A stretch of 64,000 bases of DNA from Phaeosaccion multiseriatum (GCA_965112735.1 OZ218952.1:4526001-4590000); one strand, 5' to 3'. Shown: positions 26,547 to 39,830, counted from the stretch's first letter. Notes: a model not told the origin generated them from the letters alone. A program made the numbers and translations.

Positions 26547-29425
26547 ATGGCTCCCACCCACCCGGACGGGCGCCGAACCAGGTGAGCCATTGCCCTTTCC
26601 CTCTCTTGCTTTTGTATTCTCCTCCCCTTACCGGCTTGCTCCCCCCTTCGTCCTGCTCCCGCGCGCAGATCCTTCGACCTCCCGCCCATGCTAGCAGTGC
26701 ACACGAGCATCAAGGATGTTAGTGAACTACTGAAGACGGACGCGCTTTTTTCTGTATGCCTCGTTCTCCTCTCGTAAGTCCTGCCGCTTCAACATTCCCC
26801 TCTCTCGCCTTGTGACCGCGTGTCACTCACGACAGCCCATCCCCCCTGCCACTCGACTTATCCTTCGCATCCTTCCGCCTTCTCCCTCCCCTCTCCCCCT
26901 CTCAGACCCTCTTCCCCTTCCCACGTCCCTTGTCCGGCTCTTGCGCCTTACTCATGCCTGACTCATGCCCTGACCTCATCCCACCAACAGGACGTGTGCC
27001 CTGGGCTTCATCCTGACCTTCCTGAGGGGCATCCTCATCCCCTTCGCAGTGGCCGTTTTCCTCATGTATCTGCTTCAGCCCATCGTCAACTACCTGTCCA
27101 AGCCGCCCCGCCGCTGGTGCGACAAGTGCTGCGGCCGGAGGGGAGAGATGTGCTGTGAGGGCTTCTTTGCCATCACCCGCAGTCGGTAAGGGAAGGAGGA
27201 GAGTGGGGGGAGTCGAGGAACGGGAAGTGGGGTGGGCCCACTTGGGCAGTCAGTAAGGATCTAACGGGAGATGAGGCACTCGAGAGGGGGGCTCCACCTA
27301 ACCCACTGCCACTGTCAGCTCATTTTCGTTTTCCCCTCCCCTCTGTGTACGATCCATCGCATTCTGTTCCACTCACACACACACACAACGCAGCCGGTAC
27401 AGCGATGTGGGGCTTGATGTGGATGAGGAGACTTCGCAGCGGATGCACCTGCAGCAGCGGGACTCATTAATGCCGCCGAGGAAGAAGGGGTGCGCGGACA
27501 GGCCCTTCATCCCCAGATGGCTCGCTGTCATTATGGCCATATCAGCGGCTGTTGTCCTTCTCGGGGTGAGTGAGTGAGTGAGTGAGTGATTGTGTGATTG
27601 TGTGCGTACGTCGGTGCGTGTGGGATGCTCAAGGGGGGGGGGAGGGGGGGAGGGAGGCAGGCAGGCAGGCAGGCAGAGTAATTCGCAAGGTGTGCAGACA
27701 TACTACTCAACTCACTTCCTCTCACCGTCCAGTCACTCGACTCCCTCTCTCCATACCTCACTCACTCAATTCAACTCACTCACGTAGCGCATTCCTCAAC
27801 CCCCAACCCGACAGCTCGTGGGCTCCATCCTCTACGGCAGTGTCATTAAGCTTGAGAAGTCCATTCCCAAGTACGAGCGGGGTGCCCAGCAGGTGTCCCA
27901 GACGCTCAAGCGATACCTGGCGGTGCTCCACTTCAGCTTGGATGACGACCTCGTGCCCTTCTTGGTGCTCAAGTTTCGAGAGTTGACACCCCATGCCGTG
28001 TCGCTAGTTCTCGGCACCATGGGCCACGCCATTTATGTGGTGATTTTCCTCATTTATTTGCTCATTAGCCCGGCCAGACCCATTCCCAGCGGGGTGTGGG
28101 GGCAGATCGACCTTCACATTCGAAGGTACATTCGATTAAAGGTACGACTGTGTTCGGTGTGGACTGTTAGGAATTGTCACTGTCTTTCTTTGTCTACCCC
28201 TTTCAGAGTAAGGGGTGCTGGTGGAGGCTACCCCCCCCTCCCCTACCCTACCCTGCTCTCTCTCTCTCTATGTGTGTGTGTGTGTGCCTGTGAAGCGCAC
28301 TGGGCCTGACTTGCACGTCTTTGTCTCCTTCTCTTGTTCTCTCTCCTCGCCTCTCTCACACCCTCTCTACGATATCGCCCTCTGCCCGCGCCTCTCTCTC
28401 CTTTGCCTTTCCTTTCTCCCCTCCTCTCTCCTCTCTCCTCTCTCCTCTCTCCTCTCTCCTCTCCCCTCCCTCGACCTCTACTTGTGGACTTGACTGGACT
28501 CTCCGGCCGACGAGAGCAGACCGCAGTATGTCTGGGAGCGGGAGTGAGTGTCGGTGTCACCCTCTTCCTCCTGGGCATCCCCCTGGCCTACGTGTTTGGC
28601 CTCGTCACCTTCATCTTCAACTTCATCCCCAACATTGGACCCCTCTCCGCCACCCTCCTGCCCATGCCCGTGGCCATTTTCGACCCGGACTTGACGCTGA
28701 GTGTCAAGATTTTGACATTTGTGATTCCCTCGGTGATCCACCTCGTTATTGGCAGCTTCGTGGAGCCCCGTGTGTTCGGCGAAAGCTTCGAGCTCAGCCC
28801 CGTGGTAGTGCTCCTGTCGCTGACCTTCTGGGGCTCGCTGTGGGGCGTGCCTGGTATGGTGCTGGCGGTGCCCATGATTGTGATGCTGAGGATCGTGTGT
28901 CTTCATTTGGGAGAGCACCCTTTCGCTGCCACGGTGGTGGCGTTGCTCGCAGGCAAGTTACTACACGCACTCACCTACTCACTCATTCACTAACTTACTC
29001 ACATGTACTCACTCACTTGACTTACTTCCTCACTCACTTGTACTCACCCTCTCCCTCCCTCCCTCCCTCCCTCGATCACTCAATCACTCCCTCCCTCTCT
29101 CCCTCTCTCACTCACTCACTCACTCACAGGCAAGTACTTTGAGAAGTACGAGCAGTGGGAAGAAGAGGCGGAGTCGCGCTCTCGGGCGGAAAGCATGGTC
29201 GGGGTCAATGTGGGCAATGACCCCACCACCTTTGACGGCCAAATAGGGGGAGGAGGGCCGGTGCTGCAGCAGCCACAGCCCCCGAGACGGCAGAAGAGCA
29301 GTGGCAGGCGAGGGATGGGGGGAGGCACCAGCCCTGGAGGGGGCCAGACTCAGCGCGATCAGCAGTTGCTGATACAACAGCAGCAGCAGCAGAAGCATGG
29401 GGGCGGGGAATACGGATCTGTGTAG
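26547..29425 (+). CDS. AI-2E family (TqsA/YdiK/PerM-like) transporter
   Basis: About 7 exons. N-terminal LTFLRGILIPFAVAVFLMYLLQPIVNYL; C-terminal FIFNFIPNIGP and GSFVEPRVFG..LSPVVVLLSLTFWGSLWGVPGMVLAVP are family-typical. Confidence 0.9.
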
Positions 29426-30384
29426 ACTACGAGAGAGGGTTCTCTTCATTTATGTACATGTATAGCAAGAGTTAGGGGAGATGAGTTTATACGGGAGAGG
29501 GAAATGTACCTCCATCCTCCATCACATGTAACCGTCATAGGCGAGCGCGAGCATGGGTTGTTCCGTAGGATTGGTCTTGTTGCCGCCTCAACACCTCCTC
29601 CTTTCTTCCTCGGGGACTTTTCAGATGAACCATCACAGAACCAAATCGATCGCAAGCACTACGAGGGCAGCCCCCTTCCCCTCTTCCCTTTGGAGGGGCT
29701 ACCCTCTTCCCTCTGACTCTTTGGCTTCTCGCTTTACGCCTCTCCCCTGTGCGTCTCTCATCTCCTCTGTGTCCTTGGAGCTGCTGGGCTGTTTTGCTGC
29801 CTGCTTAGCCGCCCTTAGCTTTGCCGCCGTAGTCCTCTTACTGCCGCCGTCCTTCCGATCACCCCCCCCCCCCACAAACCCGTTGCGCGCAACTCGTTCG
29901 CTTCCACATCACAACAGCACCGGAGAGCCCACCATATTGGCAGCAAAACAGACTCATTCAGGCCGACTAAGGCATAAGAAGTATAAACTTTGTATTGCAA
30001 TAGAATGTACATCCCTCTTATCCCCGAACGTATCAACTGACCCTGTGTGTGTCTGTGTGTGTAAGTAATGAACAACCATTGGACGGTATTTATGCACTAA
30101 CGTGTAAAAGATAACCCCTCTGGTGCAGCTGACACACGACGCTTCAAAAATTGGCAGCACTGCATAGCGCATCCGCGCACGACGAGGCAAGCAGTTGGTG
30201 ATTCAGCAAGGAGCGTGAAAAAAGGCCCACCAAGCTGCACGCCTCTCCTGCACTATCTGTCTCTCCTCCCCCCACCCACCCCTTCATGGCGACTCTTCTC
30301 TCCTCTTCGCTGCTCTGCTCAGCTCTCTTCCCCTCTCCTCTTCTCCTTCCACCGTTCCTTGTCTGCCCTGGGACACAGACCCAG

Positions 30385-30421
30385 AGTAACGCTCGTAACG
30401 CTCGTAACGCTCGTAACGCTC
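30385..30421. repeat. (GTAACGCTC)x4 tandem repeat
   Basis: Direct reading. Confidence 0.9.
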
Positions 30422-30511
30422 TACATTGTATAGCAAAGGGACACACATGCTGACCCCTTCCTTGTTCCTCACACCGCCTTTCTTCGCAGTCACATTCATT
30501 CATTCATACAC

Positions 30512-31493
30512 TCATGTGCAGCCAAACGCTGCTCGAAACTTGACCTTGAAGGCTTTGTTCCCAATGCCCCCAATACCGAAGGCTGGCCCGATCCGGCAGA
30601 TCCGCGCCGTTACTGATGGGGCATACTCCTTCACTACAAACTTTAGTCTGTCCGACACACCTGCTACCGGCCTATTATACAGGTCCAGACCAATCTGAAG
30701 AGGGAGGAGCGGGGTGGGTTGAGGAGGTGAGTCGAGGACGAAAGCACGGAGTGGGAGTAATAAGGCAGCGAAGCAAGCACAACGGGGGGGAGGCGGACGA
30801 GGCAGAAAGCCCAATTGATCTGAAAGAAGCAGGAGAGGGCAACACCAGAGATATCACACGACTGACCAGTCAGTAGCAATCCTCTGCGAGTAAGCTTACC
30901 AAATGCAATGGCGTGGAGAGGAACTGCACAGCGGCCGGGCAGAGCAGTTGCGCGGTGAAGTCGGCTCTCTCCTTCGACACACCGTACCTCTCTTGCAGCG
31001 ACTGGGAGGCGGGGTCAGGCAGGTTGAAGCTCGCCCCTATTGTCATGCCGTCGCGAATGGTGAAAAGCGCATAGGTGGGGAGCGGCAAGGGCTTTGCGGC
31101 TACGGTGCCAAACATCCTGGTGAAGGCTCGGTCCTTCGTGATGCAAGCCGCCATATTCACCGTAGAAGTGCCGATGAACCGAGGCCAGCCCGCGTCCTGT
31201 TTCCGGTGCTCGCAGCCCGTGTTGATGTAGTTTGCCGTAGTGTATGTGGCCGCGTAGAGCCCCCATATCATGAGGAACTCTGGCCTACGCACAAAGACGT
31301 GCGGCCGTGTGAACAGCTCCTTGAACCCACTCCTTACGCTGTCTCCCATCTTCATTGCCCCACTGGCGTTCTGGATGATCCCTCTATCGATGATACAAAT
31401 CAATGGCGAAACCATGAAGGAGGCAGAGAGGGCGCTGAGCGTGTCTACTGCCAGTCGCCGGGGCAGCAGAATGTCTCCCTGCGTGTCCCCCAT
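30512..31493 (-). CDS. Conserved uncharacterised membrane protein (S. pombe C365.16-like, probably mitochondrial)
   Basis: Exons 31493-30900 and 30694-30512. Motifs SPLICIIDR, YAATYTTAN, KDRAF, LFTIRD..TIGASF, QFLSTPLHLIGLDLYNRP, ARICRIGPAFGIGG, recognised from memory of that family. Confidence 0.8.
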
Positions 31494-31694
31494 CGTCCCT
31501 TTACCGCTCCTCTCTACCTGTCCCCCTTATAGATAAAGCCCCTCTAATTGGTCTTTATTCTGCTTTATTTCCTCTCTCTCTTTAAGCCACGCCAGTCTTT
31601 TAGTCGGAGTTTCAGTTTGTTTGTTTTCCCTTTAACAATCCTTCCACGCGACGTTACATCCTGGCGGGGAGCGAAGGGGGAAGGAGGGGGCAAG

Positions 31695-34600
31695 ATGAGG
31701 GCCTTTGTGGGAGGTCTAGACTCCTGCGTGGGCGGAGCTATCACTGAAGATCTGGTGGGGCGTGGTTATGAAGTCGTGGGCAGCAGGAGCCGAAGGGGAG
31801 ACTACAGTCGCCTCATGCCCGAGAGGGTGGTGCAGTGCGTGGAGCCCGGCAGCAAGGAGGCGGTGACATTGGCGCTATCATGCGACGCCATCATTCTGTG
31901 CATACTGGAGAGTCCTGCTGGCGCCAATGAGATCCTGGCGGCTTTACGGTTTGCAGCTCTGTCGGCTCCGCCCTCTGGAGGGGGGCGGCCAGGCGGCAGC
32001 AGCAAGAGGCTACTGCTGCTCTCGTCGGCCTTGACTTGGGGCGCCACGCCCGCGCCTGCAGCTCCAAAGACTCCTGCCATGCTTTCTCCGCTGTCGTCGC
32101 CTTCCCGGCATGATCGCCGTGGCAGCGGTAACTCGATGCTGCCGGACAACAAGGCTGCTGGCGTGGTGGCGAGACGGACCGAGAAGGAGTGGGCGAGTAG
32201 AGAGCCTCTTCGCGCTTTCCGGGAGCACTTCCGCTTGGAAAACGAGGTGCTGAATTTGAAGGGTCTGGAGGGACTGGATGTGGCAGTGGTGGCGGCCGGC
32301 GTGCCGTATGGCTGCGTTGAGGGGTCCCTTTGCGACTTGTTCACCACCGCGTGGGAGAAGCCGGGCCATCCCCTGCCCATTCCATGCCCGCCCAGCTCAG
32401 GCCTCCTGCCTCCACGCGAGTCTTTCAACAAGGACTTTGCGTCGTCGTCGTCTGTTGGCGGCATGAACCTCCTCCCCCTCATCCATCTGCAGGACTTGTG
32501 TTTGTTCATTGGAGCTCTGCTGAGCCCCCAGGGGCCACCCTCATCACCCAGCAAGAAGGCACCAGCGAGCAGCAGCAGTAGCAGCAGCAGCACTCGCTTC
32601 CCTTCCCCGTACATGCTTGCCGTGGATGGAGACGACACGCAGCCAACGCTCCAGCAGGCGTGCCGCAGCATCGCAAAGGCCTTTGGCGGAGGAAAAGGTG
32701 AGCAGCGAGAAGAAGCATTACCTCTATTGCTCCAAACTTCGCTGCTGAGTGTGCACACATCCTGAAAACATGACCAGCAATCACCGTCTTCTCTACCTAT
32801 CCCTGACACTCACCCACCTAACCAACCCCGAAAACAACTCCTCACCCGTTCGATACGACACAACAAAAACAAAACACACCACAGGCACCACCCGCTTCCT
32901 CTCCGAAGACGAGATGGAGGATGCCGTGCTGTCCGACCCGGGCATGCTCCACCTGCTCGCAGACGTGGGCTTCTCCATGAAGGGTTCCGTCATGGCTTGT
33001 CTGGTGCAAGAAGGGCGCCTCCCCAGAGACAAGCTGACCTCCTGGGGGTCGGAGTTGGGGTTAAAGTCGGGCGGAGGCGGTGGTGGCTTTGTGGCCCACG
33101 CGACTCAGCTCGGCAAGGACCTGGTGTCAAGCCTCGGGCTCGAGCCCATCGCCGCAATCGTTCTTGCCCCTCCCATGACCGCCACCGCCCCCACTGACAC
33201 TGACACTACCCCTGGCACCTCCTCCTTGTCGACGGAGGCGAGGGAGCGCATTTGCAGCGCTGTGGCGAGCAAGTGTGGCCTAGCAGAGGTCAACCTCCGG
33301 GCCGCAGTGGACGCAGTTATTGTAGCGTCGGGAAGGGAGGTGCCCAAGGCTTTGTTTGCCGAGGATGGCACACCCATCACGGTGGCTCCGGGGACCGCAG
33401 GGGGGGGGAAAGGCGGCGGGAAGAAGTCAGAGAAGGCGGCGCCAGCAGCAGCGGCAGCGGCGCCAGAGAAGGGCAAGGGGAAGGACAAGAAGGGTGCAGG
33501 ACGTGGAGACTCGGCGGGAAGGAAGAGCTCGACTGGTGCTGGTGCTGCCGCGGCTGCTGCCATTGCTGCTGAGTCGACTCTCTCGACCCCTGGGACCGGT
33601 GGGGCAGAGGGCGGCGAGGACGACAGCAAGGAGCGCCTCTACACCGACGTGTCTGCTGCGCTGAGCGAGGTGGGCATCGATGTGGAGTCTGTGGCCTACG
33701 CGGCCCTCAGCGCTGCGGACTTGTCGGAGAAGATGCCGCCTGCGCTCGCGGCTGCTTGTCTCCGCTCTCTGCTCCTCGTGCCCGCCATCAGGGAAGGTGG
33801 TGGTGAGGGTGGGGGTGGTGGAGGAGGAGGAGGAGGAGGAGGGCAGATGGTCATGCGTAAGAGGGCGGGCTACCTGCTGCAAGACGCGGACAGCCTCGTC
33901 GAGTCGGAACGTTTCAAGTTTTGGGACTCTACTGCGACCACTTTTGAGGAGAAGGACAAGTCGGAGGAGACGCGCACAAGCACAAGCAACAACAGCTCGA
34001 ACACCTCTTGGTCTTCCTCGTTGTGTTCGTCGACGTCCTTGTCTTTGTCTTGCCCCGCGGTGCCTTCACCAACCCACATCGTCTACATGTGGGCCCGGAA
34101 GAAGGTGCTGCTGCCGGATGACAAGGAGGAGGAGGAGGGTGGACGGGTGGCCAGCTACTGGAAGGCTCATGGTATGGATGAAGAAGCGGCTGCTGCTGAT
34201 ACGACAGAAGCGGAAGGAGGAGAAGGAGGAGGAGAGGAAGGGAAAGGGGCAGGAGCTGGAGCTGGAACAGGCGAGGGAGAGGGAGGAGAGAAGACTGCAG
34301 GGGGGGGAGACGTTGGACAGAAGAACAAGAAGGGAGAAGAGAGCAGCGAGTGCTGCCCCCCGGCGTGGGTGGTGCGTCTGGCGGAGAGGCTGGGGGCAGA
34401 GGTGATCACCATCGACGCGGAGAAGTATTTAGGGTTGGGAGGAGATCAGGCTTGCCCGCCCCCCAGAGGGGACGAGGAGGTGACTCTCAGCCTCGCGCGC
34501 GGTCTGACCGGAGGGCATGTGACGGGCTTTTCTTACCTTGGCCTCGCCCCACCACCCACTTGCGCTTCTAGTCCCACTCCACCCTGTCAGGGCACGGCAG

Positions 34601-35118
34601 CAGCAGCAGCAGCGGCGGCATCAGTAGCGGGACGAGGAGGAGGTGCTGGGACGACCTCCTCCTCCTCCTCCTCCTCCTCCTCGTCGCCCTCCTTACTCCC
34701 ATCCTCCTCATCAGCATCTTCATCATCATTACTACCGCCACCCTCATCGACAACACCATCACCACCTCACGGAGGAGCCCAACAAGCACAATCACAGCAC
34801 GCCCCACCGCCGGCGGATGACCAACGTGACCAGCGCCAGATGGCACCCGACGACCCACTGAGCATCGTCGCGGGGCTCAGCACCGAGGACTACAACCTGC
34901 TGGAGACGAGAAGCCAGCAGTATCGAGACTACCTCATGATGAATGTGGTTTCCGAGGTGACACGTGGGGTGATGGACGTGGTGGCGCAGCAGCCGGCCAA
35001 CCCCATTGATGCCTTGGCGGACTACCTCATTCGGGCGGGGCAGCGGGTGCAGCTGGAGGCGGAGCAGGAGGCAATGGTCAAGTATAAGGAAGGCCTCCGC
35101 ATTCTCCAAGACCTCTAA
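31695..35118 (+). CDS. AK7: Adenylate kinase 7-like axonemal protein (Rossmann-like N-terminus, degenerate AK domain, Dpy-30 motif)
   Basis: Exons ~31695-32697 and 32885-35118. LLLLSSALTWGAT, EHFRLENEVL, VVAAGVPYG, GMNLLPLIHLQDL; C-terminal RDYLMMNVVSEVTRGVMDVVAQQPANPIDALADYL (Dpy-30). Confidence 0.82.
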
Positions 35119-35156
35119 CTGACTGACTGACTGACTGACTGACTGACTGACTGACT
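35118..35156. repeat. (CTGA)n microsatellite immediately after the AK7-like stop
   Basis: Direct reading. Confidence 0.85.
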
Positions 35157-35429
35157 CTTTGCTTAGCTTGTAGACAGATCCACCCCACCCCTCTTCCCGA
35201 TTGACATGTTCGCTAGAAAGATGGCTCCCGTTGCCGGCGCGTCACTGGCTACGATGTAATGTAATATCTGATCTATTGCCCCTGTGAATCAATTATTAAA
35301 TGTCTCACCAACTTGCATGCTTCACGAGGTGTGCGACCACAGCCTATCCGAGGGGTGAGGCTGATAGTACCCTTGTCCTCTATTGCCCCCTGCCGCTCCG
35401 CCTTTTATTTGACTGTGTGACAAAGTGTG

Positions 35430-35860
35430 TCCTCCTTCCCAACATCAAAAGTGGTGAGCTCCATCATGCCATCTCCTCTGCTACATCATCCTGCAGCGCC
35501 TCAGGGCTAATCTCTCTCTGCCACACCTTCAGCCTCCCTTCCTTGCCAAAGAGAGGGTCAGTGCCCCGCATCAGGTCCAACGCGCTATGTGACGCAAAGT
35601 GCTGTCGCTCCACGGTCAGTAGGCCTTGATACAGTGTTCATGCTCCATCCCTTGTGCTTGAGCCAGGGCCGCTTCAAGTGAGGCCCCTCCCGAGAGCAGC
35701 TTCAGCGCCGCCCCGATGTGACCGGCTAGCGTCGCGTTCAGCAAGGCCGTCCCAATACAACTGCCCTCATGGTCAGGGTTAGCTCCCGCAGACAGAAGCT
35801 GACGGATAACTGCCACGTGGCCCAGCAAGACAGCAATGCAGCCAACAACATAGCTGTGCC
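35430..35860 (-). pseudogene. Degenerate ankyrin-repeat gene fragment
   Basis: GHVAVIRQLLSAGANPD..GTALLNATLAGHIGAALKLLSGGASL resembles two ankyrin repeats, but the frame stops early and no convincing start or continuation is present. Confidence 0.45.
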
Positions 35861-37642
35861 CCCTTTGCAACCCAGCATCTCTACTTCGGTACATGCCAAG
35901 TGTATCGCTCCAGCGAGCCCTTCCAAGGGATCTTTGCTCATTAAAGTCATTAAACATCATAGATGCGCATGCGTATGCATGTCTAGATACAAAACACAGA
36001 TATGCCAACTTTATAGTAGACCCATGCGTACGCTACGTACCTGGTCCTGCCGAGGGCGTCAAGGATGAGACGCTGCCTAAGTGTGTTGGTGAGGTGCTCC
36101 TCCGCTCTACTTGTAATGACGTGCGAAATGCCCATGGTGGCGTCGTTCACTGGCATCCGAGGGGAGGAGGGAGGACACATACGGTGGCAACACGATAGGA
36201 TTTGATGAGTAAGGCACAGGCTCGGGGGGGGGGGGTGGGGGTCGGGGAGAGAGAATCGTGTCGTTGTACAGTTTCAAGACAGTCATTCCTGATTGGGCTG
36301 TCGGTCGCTCAGGGTACTAATACAATAGTGTCCTCAATTGGGAACGAGTATACTCGCTCCCTTCTCAGATCGTCAGTTATCTTCACCGCGAGCCATAGCC
36401 ATCCACTGCCATTCCTTCTGCCTTCCACTACCATCTCCTCCACCTTCCACTGCCATACCCTCTTCTCAAACAGGCGTAATCAAGACTAGTGCGCAGTCTT
36501 ACAGTAAGAGTCGCACTTTTGCTAGACTCACACCTTTCCACTCTTTACAGCAGCACGCGAGCACGCCTTCTTCCGTACCAGCCCACGCCATGACTCGTAC
36601 CTTTCCACCGCGTTGAGGGAGGCTCTCCATCATCGTGCTTCATGTACAGCACGGAAGATATGCCATGAGTGGGACTTCGACAGGGGCCACTCGCTACGGC
36701 CCGGCCCCTGTGGGAGTGGAGTGTTCATGGGGCCTGCCACGCCGTACGAAGCCCAACAGGAACGTAGGCCGAAGCATGATGTGGGAAGAAGCAAAGGCGC
36801 GAGGCGCACAACACGGGCATGTTTCACAGGGTGCGCGGGCAGGTCAGGTAGGCCGGCCCAGCATGGGAATTCAAGGCCGAAAGACAGGAAGAAAGCGGGA
36901 CGGGAGACAGCGAGCACATACACTGAGATGAGAGCCCCAGAGGGAGACAGAGACGAGCACGGACTGAAGGACAGGGAGAGATCAAGCGAGAGAGAGCAAC
37001 AACGGGAAGAGAGAAATACCAAACGCCCATCACCACCTGCCCCAAAAGACCGTAAAGCAAGCCGCCAGACGGCGCCGGCAGATGCAAAGTGGGGATTCAA
37101 GGCAGACATAAACAGAGAGAGATAGAGACACATACAGCGAGATGGAGAGACAGGAGAAAGGGGCGAGACCTACCCCCAAAGCCCCAGCCCCTTCCATCCT
37201 CTCTTTCCACGCTTCATGGCCCTGCTCAGCGCTTCCGCTGCGGTAGAGTGCGGCCTGCCCATGCACAACGCCACCGCCGATCCGCCGGAACAAAAGGCCA
37301 GCCCATGATGGGCTAGCATCGCCAGCAGCAAAAGCATGAGACACCCGCATGCTGCTGGATGAAGAGTTGCAAAGAAATGGGGCAAAAGCGTCTCTACTCC
37401 ACGCACACTCCACCACACATAATCACTCTTCCCTGCCCAATCTACCTCCTCCTCCTCCTCCAACGATACGAGACCCAGACCCGCTGACAGGAGGAGGGGA
37501 AGAGGAAAGGGAGCGCAGAGAGAATGAGGGAATGTGAATTGTGAATTGTAGTCCGTATCACCAACTCCCCCCCTTTCATCCTTCCAAATAATGTTCATCC
37601 TTCCTCCTGTTTTCCTTCTCCTCCATCTCTCTCCTCTCCAGT

Positions 37643-39013
37643 ATGTTCGACGTGCACGCTCACCTCACGGACAAAGCCTTCCAGATTGACCTGGAGGAGG
37701 TGCTAGTCAGGGCTGAGCAGGGTGGGGTGACGGGCGTGTGTGTCGTTTCTGAAGACGAGGATGACGCAGTGAAAGTCCTGCAGCTTTGCGGGCGGTGGAA
37801 GGACTCCACAGACTCACGTCAGGGGCTGCGGCTACACCCGTGCATTGGGATTCATCCGGAGAGGGCAGACATTTCGAAGGTGAAGTGTTCAAATAGTTGC
37901 TTTCCTCAGGACTCGCGCACAGCATAAACTCTCATACATGTATCCTACTTAATCTTTGCCAAAAAAGGTGCAGGCGATGCTGGACATGATGGATGCGAAC
38001 AAAGATGTGCTCGTGGGGGTGGGAGAAGTGGGCTTAGACTACACCAAACACCATCTCGAAGCGGCCAGTGCCCACGCCCAGCGCCGAGCAAGAGAGCTGC
38101 GGGAGGGAGAGGAGAGGCAGCGGGAGCAGCAGGAGGAGGAGGGGGTGGAGGGAGACGAGGAGGAACGAAGAGACATCCCCACCGGTGGCAGCGTATCCGA
38201 GTCGCAAGCCCAGGCGGCGGCTGTGGAGAGCGTCAAAGAGGAGCAGCGGCAAGTCTTTAGTTTGCAAGTGCGCAAGGCGATGGAACTGAATCTTGCCGTG
38301 AATGTGCACAGCAGGAGCGCCGGTCATCATGCGCTGAAGCTGTGCCAGGTAAGCAAAAGGGACGGACCGAACGAACGCTCGCTGCCAGTGATATTCGGCG
38401 TGGATGGACTCCACCGTCCTCTTTGGACCTTGGCGGATTAAACTGTCTCGCTCCGCGCCCCCTCTCTTCTTCGTGCACCTTTGACCAGGCTCTGGGCGTG
38501 CAGCGCGCTCTCTTCCACGCCTTCGATGGAAAGGCCTCGTATGCGGTGGCTGCAGTGGAGACGCACCCCGGCTACGCCTTCTCTATCCCTCCCAACATCA
38601 CTCGCAGTCCAGGTTAGTGCGGTAACGAAGGGTTTGCAGGAGAAGATTAGAGAACATATGCGCGTACCCGAATCACCCCATGAAGTCATGGGAGGGAAGA
38701 ACACCCACCACACCTGTCAACCCATCCTCTAACCCATCCGACCCCCCCTCTTTCGACTTGCTCCCCTCCTTCCTCCCTTCGTCTAGGTTTCACCAAGCTG
38801 GTACAGCGTTTGCCGCTAGAGAACTTGGCCCTTGAAACGGACAGCCCTGCCCTTCCTCCCGTCAAGGGCGAGCGCAATGAGCCTTGCAATGTGGGGACCA
38901 GTGCCATGGCCATCGCGGACATTAGGGGAGTCACAGTGGAGGAGGTCGTAGCGGTCACCAGCCGCACGGCCCGGGCGCTCTTCCCAAAGGCCTTTTCCGA
39001 ATCAGTGGATTGA
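37643..39013 (+). CDS. TATDN3: TatD-family DNase (TATDN3-like)
   Basis: Four exons. FDVHAH, GIHPE, GVGEVGLDY, NVHSRSAG, FHAFDG, LETDSP..ERNEP. The ATG is preceded by a pyrimidine tract + CAG, so a further 5' exon is possible. Confidence 0.9.
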
Positions 39014-39149
39014 CTGATTGATTGATTGATGAAGTAGAAAAAGGTGGGCCGAACTGTCGTCGTTTCTTCGGGTGGAGGGGCTTTCCTCTCTAGACGAGAG
39101 TGTGAATTCTGCCGTGTCGCCTCGGACTTTGCGGAGACGATTCAGGGGG

Positions 39150-39557
39150 CAGCCGGAGGACGAGATTGTGTCCATTTTCCAGCACCGCATGGAGCATGGC
39201 TACCCCACCCCTTCTCTGGGGCGAGACCGCGTTCTGGACGAGGCCCTCCCCCTGCTGGAGGAGCAGGGCGGCCTGCTGTCCAGGGGTCGGTTTGGCTCGT
39301 ACAAGTATGAGGTGGGCAATCAAGACCACTCGGTGATGCAGGGCGTGGAGGCCGTGGATCACGCCGTGTTTGGGGCCAAGGAGGTTTGCCTGCACCACCC
39401 TTCTTTGGCGAATGCCCCTGGCAGGGCGGGTAGGAATGCGAATGAGGAGCCTCGATACAGCGCCAGCGCCAACGCCAACGCCAACGCCACTCCGCTCATC
39501 GTGGCAAAGGAGTCGGAGGAGAAGCAGGCAGAAGAACATCATCAGCAGCAGCACTAG
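39150..39557 (+). pseudogene. Orphan C-terminal fragment of eukaryotic-type UDP-galactopyranose mutase (UGM/GlfA)
   Basis: DEIVSIFQHRMEHGYPTPSLGRD..SRGRFGSYKYEVGNQDHSVMQGVEAVD matches the C-terminus of fungal/kinetoplastid UGM. No N-terminal FAD-binding exons were found upstream. Confidence 0.75.
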
Positions 39558-39830
39558 CAGCACAGTACCAGCATGAATCAGCGACAAGAGGAGCTCCCAG
39601 GCCCAGTCTTCGTATTCTTCCAGCACCCACACGCATTCATCGGCCAGAAACTTGCGTGGGTTGTGAATGCGTGTGCGTGTGCGTGCGTGCGTGCGTGCGT
39701 GCATATGGGTGTGTGTACAATAGCAGCAGCTCCCTCGGCATCCATCGTGCCGTGGCCCCTCCTTCCTTCCTTCATTAGACACACCGGTGCTCGGAAATCA
39801 ATCGCCTTTCGTCAAAGTCCGGAGTAGCAA

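Noticed and set aside
36200-37600. Several 90-170 aa ORFs on both strands (also 55270-57100)
   Set aside because: No motifs, no consistent splice structure and no transposase signature; treated as intergenic.
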